DNA from: Spirochaetia bacterium
GTDB lineage: Bacteria > Spirochaetota > Spirochaetia > SZUA-6 > Bin103
Length of the DNA stretch: 64,000 bases
Direction of reading: 5' to 3'
NCBI GenBank assembly: GCA_965203515.1
Contig: OZ241907.1
Coordinates: 736,001 to 800,000 of the forward strand
Within the stretch, counting starts at the first letter, position 1; each line of letters opens with the position of its first letter. A program made the position numbers and the translations under genes. The notes under the pieces are model-generated. The model saw only the letters and a list, made by a program, of their open reading frames with translations. It ran no database searches and was not told the DNA's origin. This document shows positions 8,832 through 17,891 of the stretch, one piece after another.

Positions 8832-11800
8832 ATGCCGGCTCCCGATCCGAACACGCGTGCGCATCTGGAATGGCTGGGCTACATCCAGCCGCACGGTCTG
8901 GTGGTGTCGGCGCCGGCGCTGATCAAGGCGGGCGCGATCGTCAACCGGCAGGACGCGCACCGGCAGGCGCTGCTCGCCGGCTGCACGGAGGAACGCACGG
9001 TCGCTCCTGACCGGCAGCCCACAGCGTGCATCCGCGACTTCCGCGAGTTCGTCAGCACGGTGCTCGGCTGGCGCTTCTCGCCCCGGGGCTACGCCGGCTT
9101 CACCGAAGCAGCTCCGATCCCGGAAGAACTGACGCTGCCGCTCCCCGACTACGGCGAGACTCTGCGCCCGGACTTCGCGGTGCGCGAGCGCGACCCGTCG
9201 AACGGCGCTTCGCCGTGGCAACTGCTGGTGCAGGTGCTGGCCGCCGGCCAGGACTTCGACCGCCCGGCGCCCGGCGGGCTGGAAGCGTCGGCCCAGGGGC
9301 GCGCCGAACGCCTGCTGCGCGCCACCGGGGTGCCGGCCGGCGTGCTGGTCAACGGCGCGGCGCTACGCCTGATCTCCGCCCCGCGCGGCGAGAGTTCCGG
9401 CTGGATCGACTTCCGCTTCGCCGACCTGCTCACCACCGCCGGGCGCCCGCTCTGCTCCGCCCTGCACCTGCTCCTCTCCGAACAGCGCCTGCTGGCGCTG
9501 CCGCGCCAGAAACGCCTCACCGCCTTGCTGGCCGACAGCCGCCTCTACCAGAACGAGGTCTCCGAGCGCTTGGCCGAGCAGGTCCTGCACGCGCTGTACG
9601 AGCTGCTGCGCGGCTTCCAGAACGCCCACGACGCATCGGACGGCGCGTTGCTGAGCGAGCCGCTGGCCGCCGGCGGCGACCGCAACGACATCTACCGCGG
9701 GCTGCTCGCCGTCATCCTGCGGCTGGTGTTCCTGCTGTACGCGGAGGAGCGCGGCCTGCTGCCGGAGGACGAGACCTTCGCGCGCCACTACGCGCTGGGC
9801 GGCCTCTACCAGCGGCTGCGCAAGGACGCTGCGGCGCACCCGGACACGATGGATCAGCGGTACGGCGCCTGGGCGCAGTTGCTGGTGCTGTTTCGCCTGC
9901 TCCACGACGGGGTGCCGGCGCACCGCACCGGTGGGGCGGTGAGTCTGCCGGAGCGCCGCGGCGCGCTGTTCGACCCGGACCGCTACCGGTTCCTGGAGGG
10001 CCGCAGCGGCAGCGGGGCGCGGCAGATCGACGAGCGGATACAGCCGCCGCGGGTGTCCGACGGGGTGATCTACCGGGTCCTGGAGAAGCTGCTGGTGCTG
10101 GACGGGGAACGGCTCTCCTACCGGACGCTCGACGTGGAGCAGATCGGCTCGGTGTACGAGACGATCATGGGGTTTCGCCTGGAGACCGCCGCCGGGCGCT
10201 CGGTGGCGGTCAAGCCGGCCAAGAAGCTGGGCGCGCCCACCACGATCGACCTCGACGCGCTGCTGGCGCAGGCTCCGGCGCGCCGCGGGCGCTGGCTGCA
10301 GGAGCGCGCCGACCGCCCCGTCAGCGCTGCGGTCGCCAAGGGGCTGCGCGCCGCGGAGAGCGTGAATGACCTGCACGCGGCGCTGGACCGGGTGCTGGAT
10401 CACGCCGCGACCCCGGACCTGGTGCCGCCCGGCGGGCTGGTGCTGCAGCCCAACGAGGAGCGGCGCCGTTCCGGCTCGCACTACACGCCGCGCGAGCTGA
10501 CCGAGCCGATCGTGCGCCACACGCTGGCGCCGCTGCTGGAGCGGCTGCGCGGCGCGGACGGGCGCGCGCCGGCGCCGGAGCGGATTCTCGATCTCAAGGT
10601 CTGCGATCCGGCGATGGGCTCGGGGGCGTTTCTGGTGGAGACCTGCCGCCAGTTGGCCGACGCGCTGATCGAGGCGTGGGGCGCGCACGGCGCCGCGCCC
10701 GACATCCCGCCGGATGAGGACGAGGTGACCTTCGCGCGCCGTCTGGTGGCGCAGAAGTGTCTGTACGGCATCGACCGCAACCCGATGGCGGTCGACCTGG
10801 CCAAGGTGTCGCTGTGGCTGAGCACGCTGGCGCGCGACCATCCGTTCACCTTCGTGGACCACGCGTTCCGGCACGGCGACTCGCTGGTGGGGCTGACGCG
10901 GCGCCAGATAGAGGCGCTGCACTGGCAGGGCGGGCAGCCGATCCTGGCCGGCTTCGGGGTGCGCGAGGCGGTGGCAGAGGCATCCGAGTTGCGGCGCCGG
11001 ATTCGGGAGGCGGACGACACCGTGACCGACCGGGAGCTGCAGAGGCTGTGGCGCGGCGCGCAGGACGCGCTGGAGGAGGTGCGGCGGTTCGGCGATCTGA
11101 CGCTGACGGCGTTCTTCGCGGGCTCGAAGCCGAAGGAGCGGGAGTCGCGCCGGGCGGCGTACCAGGAAGCGATTCTGACGCGGCAGGCGCAGCGCCACGC
11201 GGCGGAGCTGGCGGCGCGCCGTAACACTCAAGAGATGCCGTTCGCGCCGTTCCACTGGGAGATCGAGTTCCCGGAGGTGTTCGAGCGGGAGAACCCGGGC
11301 TTCGACGGCTTCGTCGGCAATCCGCCGTTCGCGGGCAAGAACAGCGTAGCCGCCGGCAACGTCGCCGGCTATCCGAGCTGGCTCAAGGAGTTGCATGCGC
11401 AGAGCCACGGCAACGCCGACCTGGTGGCGCACTTCTACCGGCGCGCGTTCGACCTGCTGCGCGGCGGCGGCGCGTTCGGCCTGATCGCCACCAACACCAT
11501 CGCCCAGGGCGATACCCGCTCCAGCGGCCTGCGCCGGATCTGCGAGCGCGGCGGGGATGTCTACCGCGCCGTCAAGCGCGTCAAGTGGCCGGGCGATGCG
11601 GCGGTGGTGGTCAGCGTGGTGCATGTGGAGAAGGGCGAGTTTGCCGGCAAGAGGATGCTCGACGGCGCTCCGGTGGAGCGCGTCACGGCGTTTCTGTTTC
11701 ATCGCGGCGGGCACGCCGATCCGGTGCGGCTGGCGGCCAACGCCGGCAAGAGCTTTGTCGGGAGCTACATACTCGGCATGGGATTCACCTTCGACGACAC

Positions 11801-12884
11801 CGACAAGAAAGGAGTCGCGTCACCGCTCGCCGAGATGCGGCGGCTGATCGAGGCCGACCCGCGCAACCGGGAAGTGATCTTCCCCTACATCGGCGGCGAG
11901 GAGGTAAACACCAGCCCCACGCACGCGCACCATCGTTACGTCATCAATTTTCGCGATTGGCCCCTGCACCGGGCGAAGATCGGGGAATCGTGGGCCGCGG
12001 CTGGCGCGGAGAGAAAGGCGAGCGTTCGGCGCCGTCCGCTTGTGCCGCACGACTACCCCGGCCCCGTAGCCGCCGATTGGCCGGACTTGCTGAGAATCGT
12101 CGAGACAAGGTGCAAGCCAGAGCGCGACATCCAGAACCGTAAAGCACTTCGAGAGCGTTGGTGGCATTACGCCGAAAAGCGACCGGGCCTCTACGCCGCA
12201 ATCGCTGGCCTGGACCGAGTGCTGGTAGTCTCCCGTGTCGGCCAACACGCGGCATTTACCTTCCTCCCAAGAGACATGGTGTACGCGGAATCCATGATCG
12301 TCTATCCGTTCCAGACTTATACGGCATTCTGCGCGTTGCAATCCCGGCCGCACGAAATCTGGGCGCTCTTCTTTGGATCGTCACTGGAAGACCGGCTTCG
12401 CTACACCCCCTCCGACTGCTTCGAGACCTTCCCATTCCCGGAAGGCTGGGAAACCGATCCCGCCCTCGAAGCCGCCGGCAAGGCGTACTACGAGCACCGC
12501 GCCGCGATCATGGCGGACAACGACGAAGGCATGACCAGCACCTACAACCGCTTCCACGACCTCTACGAGACCGGCCCGCACGTCGCCAAGCTCCGCGACC
12601 TGCACGCCGCCATGGACCGCGCCGTGCTCGACGCCTACGGCTGGAGCGATCTCCCCACCGACTGCGACTTCCTCCTCGACTACGATATCGACGAAGCCGC
12701 CTGGGGCCGCAAGAAGAAACCCTTCCGCTACCGCTGGCCTGACGAAGTCCGCGACGAAGTCCTCGCCCGCCTGCTCGCCCTCAACGCCGACCGCGCCGCC
12801 GCCGAAGCCCGCGCCGGCACCGCTGCCGGCCTCCGGTATCCGGCAGATCGAGCGCACTTCCAATTTGTGGGTAGATTCGGATGA
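8832..12884 (+). CDS. Large N6-adenine DNA methyltransferase, type IIG / DISARM DrmMI-like
   Basis: GSHYTP, DPAMGSGAFL (motif I), GNPPF (motif IV), GLIATNTIAQGDTR and a C-terminal TRD-like region with LRYTPSDCFETFPF. Confidence 0.88.
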   Translation: MPAPDPNTRAHLEWLGYIQPHGLVVSAPALIKAGAIVNRQDAHRQALLAGCTEERTVAPDRQPTACIRDFREFVSTVLGWRFSPRGYAGFTEAAPIPEELTLPLPDYGETLRPDFAVRERDPSNGASPWQLLVQVLAAGQDFDRPAPGGLEASAQGRAERLLRATGVPAGVLVNGAALRLISAPRGESSGWIDFRFADLLTTAGRPLCSALHLLLSEQRLLALPRQKRLTALLADSRLYQNEVSERLAEQVLHALYELLRGFQNAHDASDGALLSEPLAAGGDRNDIYRGLLAVILRLVFLLYAEERGLLPEDETFARHYALGGLYQRLRKDAAAHPDTMDQRYGAWAQLLVLFRLLHDGVPAHRTGGAVSLPERRGALFDPDRYRFLEGRSGSGARQIDERIQPPRVSDGVIYRVLEKLLVLDGERLSYRTLDVEQIGSVYETIMGFRLETAAGRSVAVKPAKKLGAPTTIDLDALLAQAPARRGRWLQERADRPVSAAVAKGLRAAESVNDLHAALDRVLDHAATPDLVPPGGLVLQPNEERRRSGSHYTPRELTEPIVRHTLAPLLERLRGADGRAPAPERILDLKVCDPAMGSGAFLVETCRQLADALIEAWGAHGAAPDIPPDEDEVTFARRLVAQKCLYGIDRNPMAVDLAKVSLWLSTLARDHPFTFVDHAFRHGDSLVGLTRRQIEALHWQGGQPILAGFGVREAVAEASELRRRIREADDTVTDRELQRLWRGAQDALEEVRRFGDLTLTAFFAGSKPKERESRRAAYQEAILTRQAQRHAAELAARRNTQEMPFAPFHWEIEFPEVFERENPGFDGFVGNPPFAGKNSVAAGNVAGYPSWLKELHAQSHGNADLVAHFYRRAFDLLRGGGAFGLIATNTIAQGDTRSSGLRRICERGGDVYRAVKRVKWPGDAAVVVSVVHVEKGEFAGKRMLDGAPVERVTAFLFHRGGHADPVRLAANAGKSFVGSYILGMGFTFDDTDKKGVASPLAEMRRLIEADPRNREVIFPYIGGEEVNTSPTHAHHRYVINFRDWPLHRAKIGESWAAAGAERKASVRRRPLVPHDYPGPVAADWPDLLRIVETRCKPERDIQNRKALRERWWHYAEKRPGLYAAIAGLDRVLVVSRVGQHAAFTFLPRDMVYAESMIVYPFQTYTAFCALQSRPHEIWALFFGSSLEDRLRYTPSDCFETFPFPEGWETDPALEAAGKAYYEHRAAIMADNDEGMTSTYNRFHDLYETGPHVAKLRDLHAAMDRAVLDAYGWSDLPTDCDFLLDYDIDEAAWGRKKKPFRYRWPDEVRDEVLARLLALNADRAAAEARAGTAAGLRYPADRAHFQFVGRFG

Positions 12885-12985
12885 AGTTGGTGCTTGGCAG
12901 CGATCAGCCTGGATCGTGCGGTCACCGCGGAACGCCTCCGTCGCCTCCATCGCCATCCATCGGACTATGCGATGCTGAAGAGACG

Positions 12986-14575
12986 ATGCGCTTCTTCAAC
13001 ACCGCCGGTCCGATGCGGCCGGAGGACCACTACTGCATCCCGCCGCTGAGCCGCATCGATGAGCGCGGGCTGCTCACCCTCATTCGGCAGAAGCGCTACT
13101 TCGTGCTGCACGCGCCGCGCCAGACCGGCAAGACCTCGGCCCTGCTGGCGCTGCGCGACCTGCTGAATGGCGGCGCCGCGGGCGCCTGCCGTTGCGTCTA
13201 CGTGAACGTCGAGGCGGGGCAGGCGGCGGGTAACGACGTGGCCGCGGGAATGCGCGCCATCCTCAACGCGATCGCGCGCCGGGCACGCCGGACCCTGAAC
13301 GACCGGGTCCCGGAAACGGTCCGTCGGGAAGTGTTGGAAACCGCCGGGCCGCACGACGCCCTGCAGGAGTTGTTGGCCCGCTGGGCCGAGTCCGACGCCA
13401 GGCCGCTGGTGCTGCTGATCGACGAGATCGACGCGCTGGTCGGCGATACGCTGCTGTCGGTACTGCGCCAGCTTCGCGCCGGCTACGACGAACGGCCGGA
13501 CGGGTTCCCGCAGAGCGTGATCCTGTGCGGGGTCCGCGACGTGCGCGACTACCGCATCCGCTCCACCAGGGAGAACGCCGTCGTCACCGGCGGCAGCGCC
13601 TTCAACATCAAGGCCGAGTCGCTGCGGCTGGGCGACTTCTCGGCAACCGAAGTGCGGGCCTTGCTCGCCCAGCACACCGCGGAGACCGGCCAACCGTGGA
13701 CCGTTGACGCCCTGGAGACGGTCTGCGAGCTGACCGCCGGCCAGCCGTGGCTGGTGAATGCCCTGGCCTACCAGGCGTGCGACCGCGACGTCGCCGGCCG
13801 CGACCGCAGCCGACCGCTCACCGCGGACGCCATCCACGCCGCGCGCGAGCAGCTCATCCTGCGCCGCGACACCCACCTGGACCAGCTTGCCGACAAGCTC
13901 CGGGAGGAGCGCGTGCACCGGGTGATCGCCCCGCTGCTGAGCGGCCAGGCGAGCACCGAGATGCGGCCCGACGACCTGCAGTACGTGCGCGACCTGGGCT
14001 TGGCGGCGCGGGACGATCCGGTCCGCATCGCCAACCCGATCTACCGCGAGGTGATCCCGCGCGATCTCACCTGGACCACACAGGCGACCTTCACGCACGA
14101 CCCGGCCTGGTACGTGGACGCGGCGGGCAACCTGCGGCTGACCGACTTGCTGGCCGCGTTCCAGGAGTTCTTTCGCGAACACTCCGAACACTGGATCGAG
14201 CGGTTCCAGTACCGCGAAGCCGGCCCGCAGTTGCTGCTGCAGGCGTTCCTGCAGCGCATCGTCAACAGCGGCGGGAGGATCGAACGCGAGTACGGCCTGG
14301 GCCGGATGCGCACCGATCTGCTGATCGTCTGGCCGGCCGCGGCGCCGCCCGGCCGCACCCGCCGGATGGTGATCGAGTGCAAGCTGCTGCACCGCAGCCT
14401 GGAGCGGACCATTCGCGACGGGCTCACCCAGACCCGCGCCTACCTGGAGCGTTTCGGCGCCGGCGAGGGGCACCTCGTGATCTTCGACCGCAGCGCGGAC
14501 AAGCCGTGGGAGCAGAAGCTGTTCCGCCGTGAGCCCACCGCCGGCGGCGCGCCGATCACGGTGTGGGGAATGTAG
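12986..14575 (+). CDS. AAA-like ATPase with C-terminal PD-(D/E)XK-like domain, copy 1
   Basis: MRFFNTAGP start, HAPRQTGKT Walker A, LLIDEID Walker B, EREY...RTDL...VIECK nuclease-like motif. Confidence 0.85.
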   Translation: MRFFNTAGPMRPEDHYCIPPLSRIDERGLLTLIRQKRYFVLHAPRQTGKTSALLALRDLLNGGAAGACRCVYVNVEAGQAAGNDVAAGMRAILNAIARRARRTLNDRVPETVRREVLETAGPHDALQELLARWAESDARPLVLLIDEIDALVGDTLLSVLRQLRAGYDERPDGFPQSVILCGVRDVRDYRIRSTRENAVVTGGSAFNIKAESLRLGDFSATEVRALLAQHTAETGQPWTVDALETVCELTAGQPWLVNALAYQACDRDVAGRDRSRPLTADAIHAAREQLILRRDTHLDQLADKLREERVHRVIAPLLSGQASTEMRPDDLQYVRDLGLAARDDPVRIANPIYREVIPRDLTWTTQATFTHDPAWYVDAAGNLRLTDLLAAFQEFFREHSEHWIERFQYREAGPQLLLQAFLQRIVNSGGRIEREYGLGRMRTDLLIVWPAAAPPGRTRRMVIECKLLHRSLERTIRDGLTQTRAYLERFGAGEGHLVIFDRSADKPWEQKLFRREPTAGGAPITVWGM

Positions 14576-14595
14576 GTCCGCGAGTCACCGGTGAA

Positions 14596-15045
14596 TCAGG
14601 CTGGCCGGATTACCCCGATAGTGAGCAGCAGGTTGGCATAGATGCGCTGCTCGCCGGTGGCGACCGTCAGCGCGACGTCCGCGCCCCTTCCCGCCTCGTA
14701 GAACGCGAACCGCTCCAGTCGTTCCAGCGGCCCGGCAAAGCCGTGAGCCGCGAGCAGATCACGGAACTCCGCCCAGATCGGCGGGTCTTCGGTCATGGCG
14801 TAAGGCCCTTCCTTGGCGGTGGCCATGACCGCCGCGGCCTCCACCGGAACGGCGGGCGCCAGCGCGGCCAGCACGTCGGTGGCGCTGACGATGCCGGGAG
14901 CGAGATTGAGGCTCACCAGCTCGGCGTTGGCGCCCAGGGTGGTACGGAACGGGTAGTTGCCGTCGGCGATGAGCACCTGCGAGCCGTGCCCGGCACGGCC
15001 CAGGACGCGCAGGATATCGGGATGGATCAGCGGCAGGTCGAGCAT
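14596..15045 (-). CDS. RbsD/FucU family sugar mutarotase/pyranase
   Basis: GHGSQVLIADGNYP, LERFAFYE, TGEQRIYAN. Confidence 0.9.
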   Translation of the reverse strand: MLDLPLIHPDILRVLGRAGHGSQVLIADGNYPFRTTLGANAELVSLNLAPGIVSATDVLAALAPAVPVEAAAVMATAKEGPYAMTEDPPIWAEFRDLLAAHGFAGPLERLERFAFYEAGRGADVALTVATGEQRIYANLLLTIGVIRPA

Positions 15046-15197
15046 GACGGCAGCCAGTGTGCGGGAGTATGCCGGCCATGGGCAAGGCCCCCGCCGGCCG
15101 GCGTAGCGGTGTCGAGTCGTGTCGAGGCCAGATAAATCCGAAAATCGGTCCCGTTTTGTGGCCCAGGAGGACGGAATGCAGGTTCACGAGTCACCGG

Positions 15198-15878
15198 TCA
15201 CCGGAGTGCCCAGCGCTGGTCTTTCAGGAAGTTGCGGAACAGGTCGCGGCCCCTGACGTTGCCGTAGCTGCGGGATACGGTGTTCCACCAGCGGGTACCC
15301 GGATGCGGCGTGCTGGCGCACGGCAGGTGGGACTCCCGGGTGACTTCACCGGCGTAGCGGCCGGCGAAGCGGGAGGTCGCGATCACCAGTTCAGGACGGT
15401 GGCGCCGGATGAACCAGCGGAGCACCGCCGCGGCCACTTCAAAGTCCTGCGGGACGGCTTTGCCTTCCAGGCTGCCGCCGGCCACCGGCGCCGGCCTCAC
15501 GAAGTAGTTGCAGTACGCGACGTGGTTGAGCGGAAACTCGTCCGGCGTCACTCCGCTCTCCCGCAGCATCCCGGCGACCTCGTCCTGAATCGCCCGGTAG
15601 ATGCGGTGCGCCCGGTACCATCGTCCGGTGATGTTGCCGGCCGTGGACGCCCATCTGACTTCCTCGCCGCTCAGCTCCTCCTGTCTGCTCCGGTACCAGC
15701 GGCCGGGGTCTCGGTGGATGGTGGAGTCGGGCGGCAGATAGTGGCTCTCGCCGATCACCAGCAGCCGCTTGTGGCTCTCGTCCCGATACCGGCTGCCGAT
15801 CCAGGGCCGCATGCAGGGGAACCGCCGCAGATGATCCGGCAGCGGTGTAGCGGTCTCGAGGATCAGCGATCGTTCCAC
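15198..15878 (-). CDS. Uracil-DNA-glycosylase-superfamily-like protein
   Basis: PWIGSRY, LLVIGESHY (UDG motif A-like), YCNY and a late HP motif (TPHPG). Confidence 0.6.
   Translation of the reverse strand: MERSLILETATPLPDHLRRFPCMRPWIGSRYRDESHKRLLVIGESHYLPPDSTIHRDPGRWYRSRQEELSGEEVRWASTAGNITGRWYRAHRIYRAIQDEVAGMLRESGVTPDEFPLNHVAYCNYFVRPAPVAGGSLEGKAVPQDFEVAAAVLRWFIRRHRPELVIATSRFAGRYAGEVTRESHLPCASTPHPGTRWWNTVSRSYGNVRGRDLFRNFLKDQRWALR
15714..15846. repeat. 133-bp direct repeat, copy B (inside the UDG-like gene)
   Basis: Matches 19042..19175 except for one substitution and one 1-nt indel. Confidence 0.95.
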
Positions 15879-17293
15879 TTGTCTTCCGGCGCCCGTTGCT
15901 CCTCCTTGGAACGATCGATTGCTTTGAGTTCGGCGGCGGTAAACGGCGCCGAACCGCGTTCGAGCCGACTCAGCAGTTCCGCGGCCGTAATCGTGTCATC
16001 CGGTCGAGCCGCTCGCAGCTTGCCGTAGGCTTCGATGTTGGCCTGATTGCGAATTTGATAATTGATCACGGACGATGAGACGCTGAATTCATCTGCGATT
16101 TCCTTTACTCCGCGGCGATCCTTTTGCATCTCGACAACGCTCTCGACGGGCGCTAGAAATTCTGCAGCAAAAGCCCGCCCGGTCGCTTGGCGTTCTGCGT
16201 GGCGAAGACCGTTTACCACCGACCACGGCGTATTGCGAAAGCAGACCGCGCCACCTACCGCCCGCGCGAATGCGAAGTTGTTCGACCGCTCGGCGATATC
16301 CGCCGAACTGTCTCGACCACGATCGTGAAGATGGACCCTGATGTCTCCGTCAGAACAGGACACCAGCGCTCGAACGCCGTCGAAGAGTTGGGCGGGCTCG
16401 AACCGTGCGGCTCCCAGCTTCTTTGCAAGTGTCATATAAGATGGAAATCGGTAATCCGATCCGAGGTTCAAGACCTGGCGACAGGCCCGGGCCGCGCGGT
16501 ACCCCGCCGCCCACGGCCTATCAACCTGATCATGCCCGGTCAAGCCTTCGACTTGGATAGCGACGTCGCCAAGTTCCGGCAAGCTCACCGCCGCCGCCGG
16601 TCGCGATTCCATCCGGCGCACATGATCCAGGACTGACGCTGAACGTTCCTTCGTCTTGATACCCGCCAGAAACTCGATCAGCGACTCTTTCGAGAAGATG
16701 TCATTGGCCTGTTCGATGAAGCATGCATCATCGTCCGAAATCGCATACGGGTCCAACCCCAACGCACCGGCCGCCTCGCAGAACGGCTGTCCGTTCGGAT
16801 CGTTGCGCGACTCCCCGACGCGAGACCAACACGCGGCGACTTCGCTATTTCTGACACCCTCACCGGCAAGTCGGTCTACCACTTCCCGTATGAAGCGAGA
16901 CAGCTCTGATTCCGCTACGCTGCGCGGCAGCGTCTCCGCCCCGTCGGACCGAAAACCAAGGTGCGGATTATCACTGTGGAAGTTCTTGCCAGTCACCTCG
17001 AACGTCGAGCCGTCGGTCCTGAAGTGCAGATCGGGTAGCGCGAAGCCGGTTCGATAACGTCGTATTCCGTGATCCCGGTCGCGGCCACCGAAGATGATCC
17101 ACCAGTCGGTCGCGAGCCCTTCGGCGAGGTGAACCGCGGGAACGACAAGGGATTCCGTCTCTTCGTTGGAAACGTAATCGATGAAACGACAGGCGTTCTG
17201 ACCTTGGATGTATATTCCGAGCTTGCAGAGCGTCGCCCGCTCCTCCGCCGCGCGATTCAGCCCGCCGTCAATCCACTCAACCGAAAATCGCAT
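15863..17293 (-). CDS. Uncharacterised protein with C-terminal ImmA/IrrE-like fold lacking HEXXH
   Basis: NFAFARAVG in place of RFTLAHELG, QATGRAFAAEFLAP, and an HTH-like EIADEFSVSSSVINYQIRN. Less GC-rich than the flanks. Confidence 0.65.
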   Translation of the reverse strand: MRFSVEWIDGGLNRAAEERATLCKLGIYIQGQNACRFIDYVSNEETESLVVPAVHLAEGLATDWWIIFGGRDRDHGIRRYRTGFALPDLHFRTDGSTFEVTGKNFHSDNPHLGFRSDGAETLPRSVAESELSRFIREVVDRLAGEGVRNSEVAACWSRVGESRNDPNGQPFCEAAGALGLDPYAISDDDACFIEQANDIFSKESLIEFLAGIKTKERSASVLDHVRRMESRPAAAVSLPELGDVAIQVEGLTGHDQVDRPWAAGYRAARACRQVLNLGSDYRFPSYMTLAKKLGAARFEPAQLFDGVRALVSCSDGDIRVHLHDRGRDSSADIAERSNNFAFARAVGGAVCFRNTPWSVVNGLRHAERQATGRAFAAEFLAPVESVVEMQKDRRGVKEIADEFSVSSSVINYQIRNQANIEAYGKLRAARPDDTITAAELLSRLERGSAPFTAAELKAIDRSKEEQRAPEDKWNDR

Positions 17294-17691
17294 CACGTTC
17301 ACTCTTCTCTATCGGCCATCCTTTGTATTCTCCGGAAGCCGTGTTGATGCAGTATCCACACCAATAGACCGGAATCATCCCGGTACCATATCTTCTTGGG
17401 GAACCTCTGGTCGGTCTGGACGAACCGGTAGTTCCCTCGCTCGATAGCTTCTCTGACCCACTCCGTCGCCCGTTCACGATCACTATCCCCTGTCAGTGGA
17501 CAGATGGTCGTCTTCTGTTTGCCGGCTCGACCTGCCCTTCCACCGGGTAGTTGCCGTCCCTTCGGCAATCCTCCCCACCAGCCGCGATCCTTATGCTCGG
17601 CGCTGCCCGTGTATTGGGCTTTAGCTGACAATGCCTGTCGCTGTTCGGGAGTCAGCGGCTTACGTACATGTTTCTGCGTTGGGCGTCTCAT
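17277..17691 (-). pseudogene. Small basic protein (toxin-like), apparently frameshifted near 17367
   Basis: One frame reads ...FPKKIWYRDDSG and another continues YWCGYCINTASGEYKGWPIEKSERDAIFG*. The joined protein ends overlapping the start of the next gene. Confidence 0.6.
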
Positions 17692-17730
17692 TACAAGCAA
17701 GCGACCGGCAGAGCTTGAGACCGCGCAGGA

Positions 17731-17829
17731 GGGTGTGTCAAGGTCATGCGGTTATCCCCATCCTGCTGCCGGCGGAGGCCGCAGGGATGGGCGCATCGAG
17801 CACGTCTCCGACGTGCTGTTGACACAGCC
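17731..17829. repeat. 99-bp structured element with terminal inverted repeats (MITE-like or ncRNA)
   Basis: GGGTGTGTCAA...TTGACACAGCC (10/11 match) enclosing CCCATCCTGC/GCAGGGATGGG and AGCACGTC/GACGTGCT hairpins. Confidence 0.6.
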
Positions 17830-17891
17830 GCGGGATGCGGTCACGCCTCAACGTCAGGCCGCATCCACTCATCGGCGCATCCCGGCGCGGG

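Noticed and set aside
17731..17829. Hammerhead ribozyme, suggested by the three-way junction
   Set aside because: The CUGANGA and GAAA core motifs are absent on both strands.
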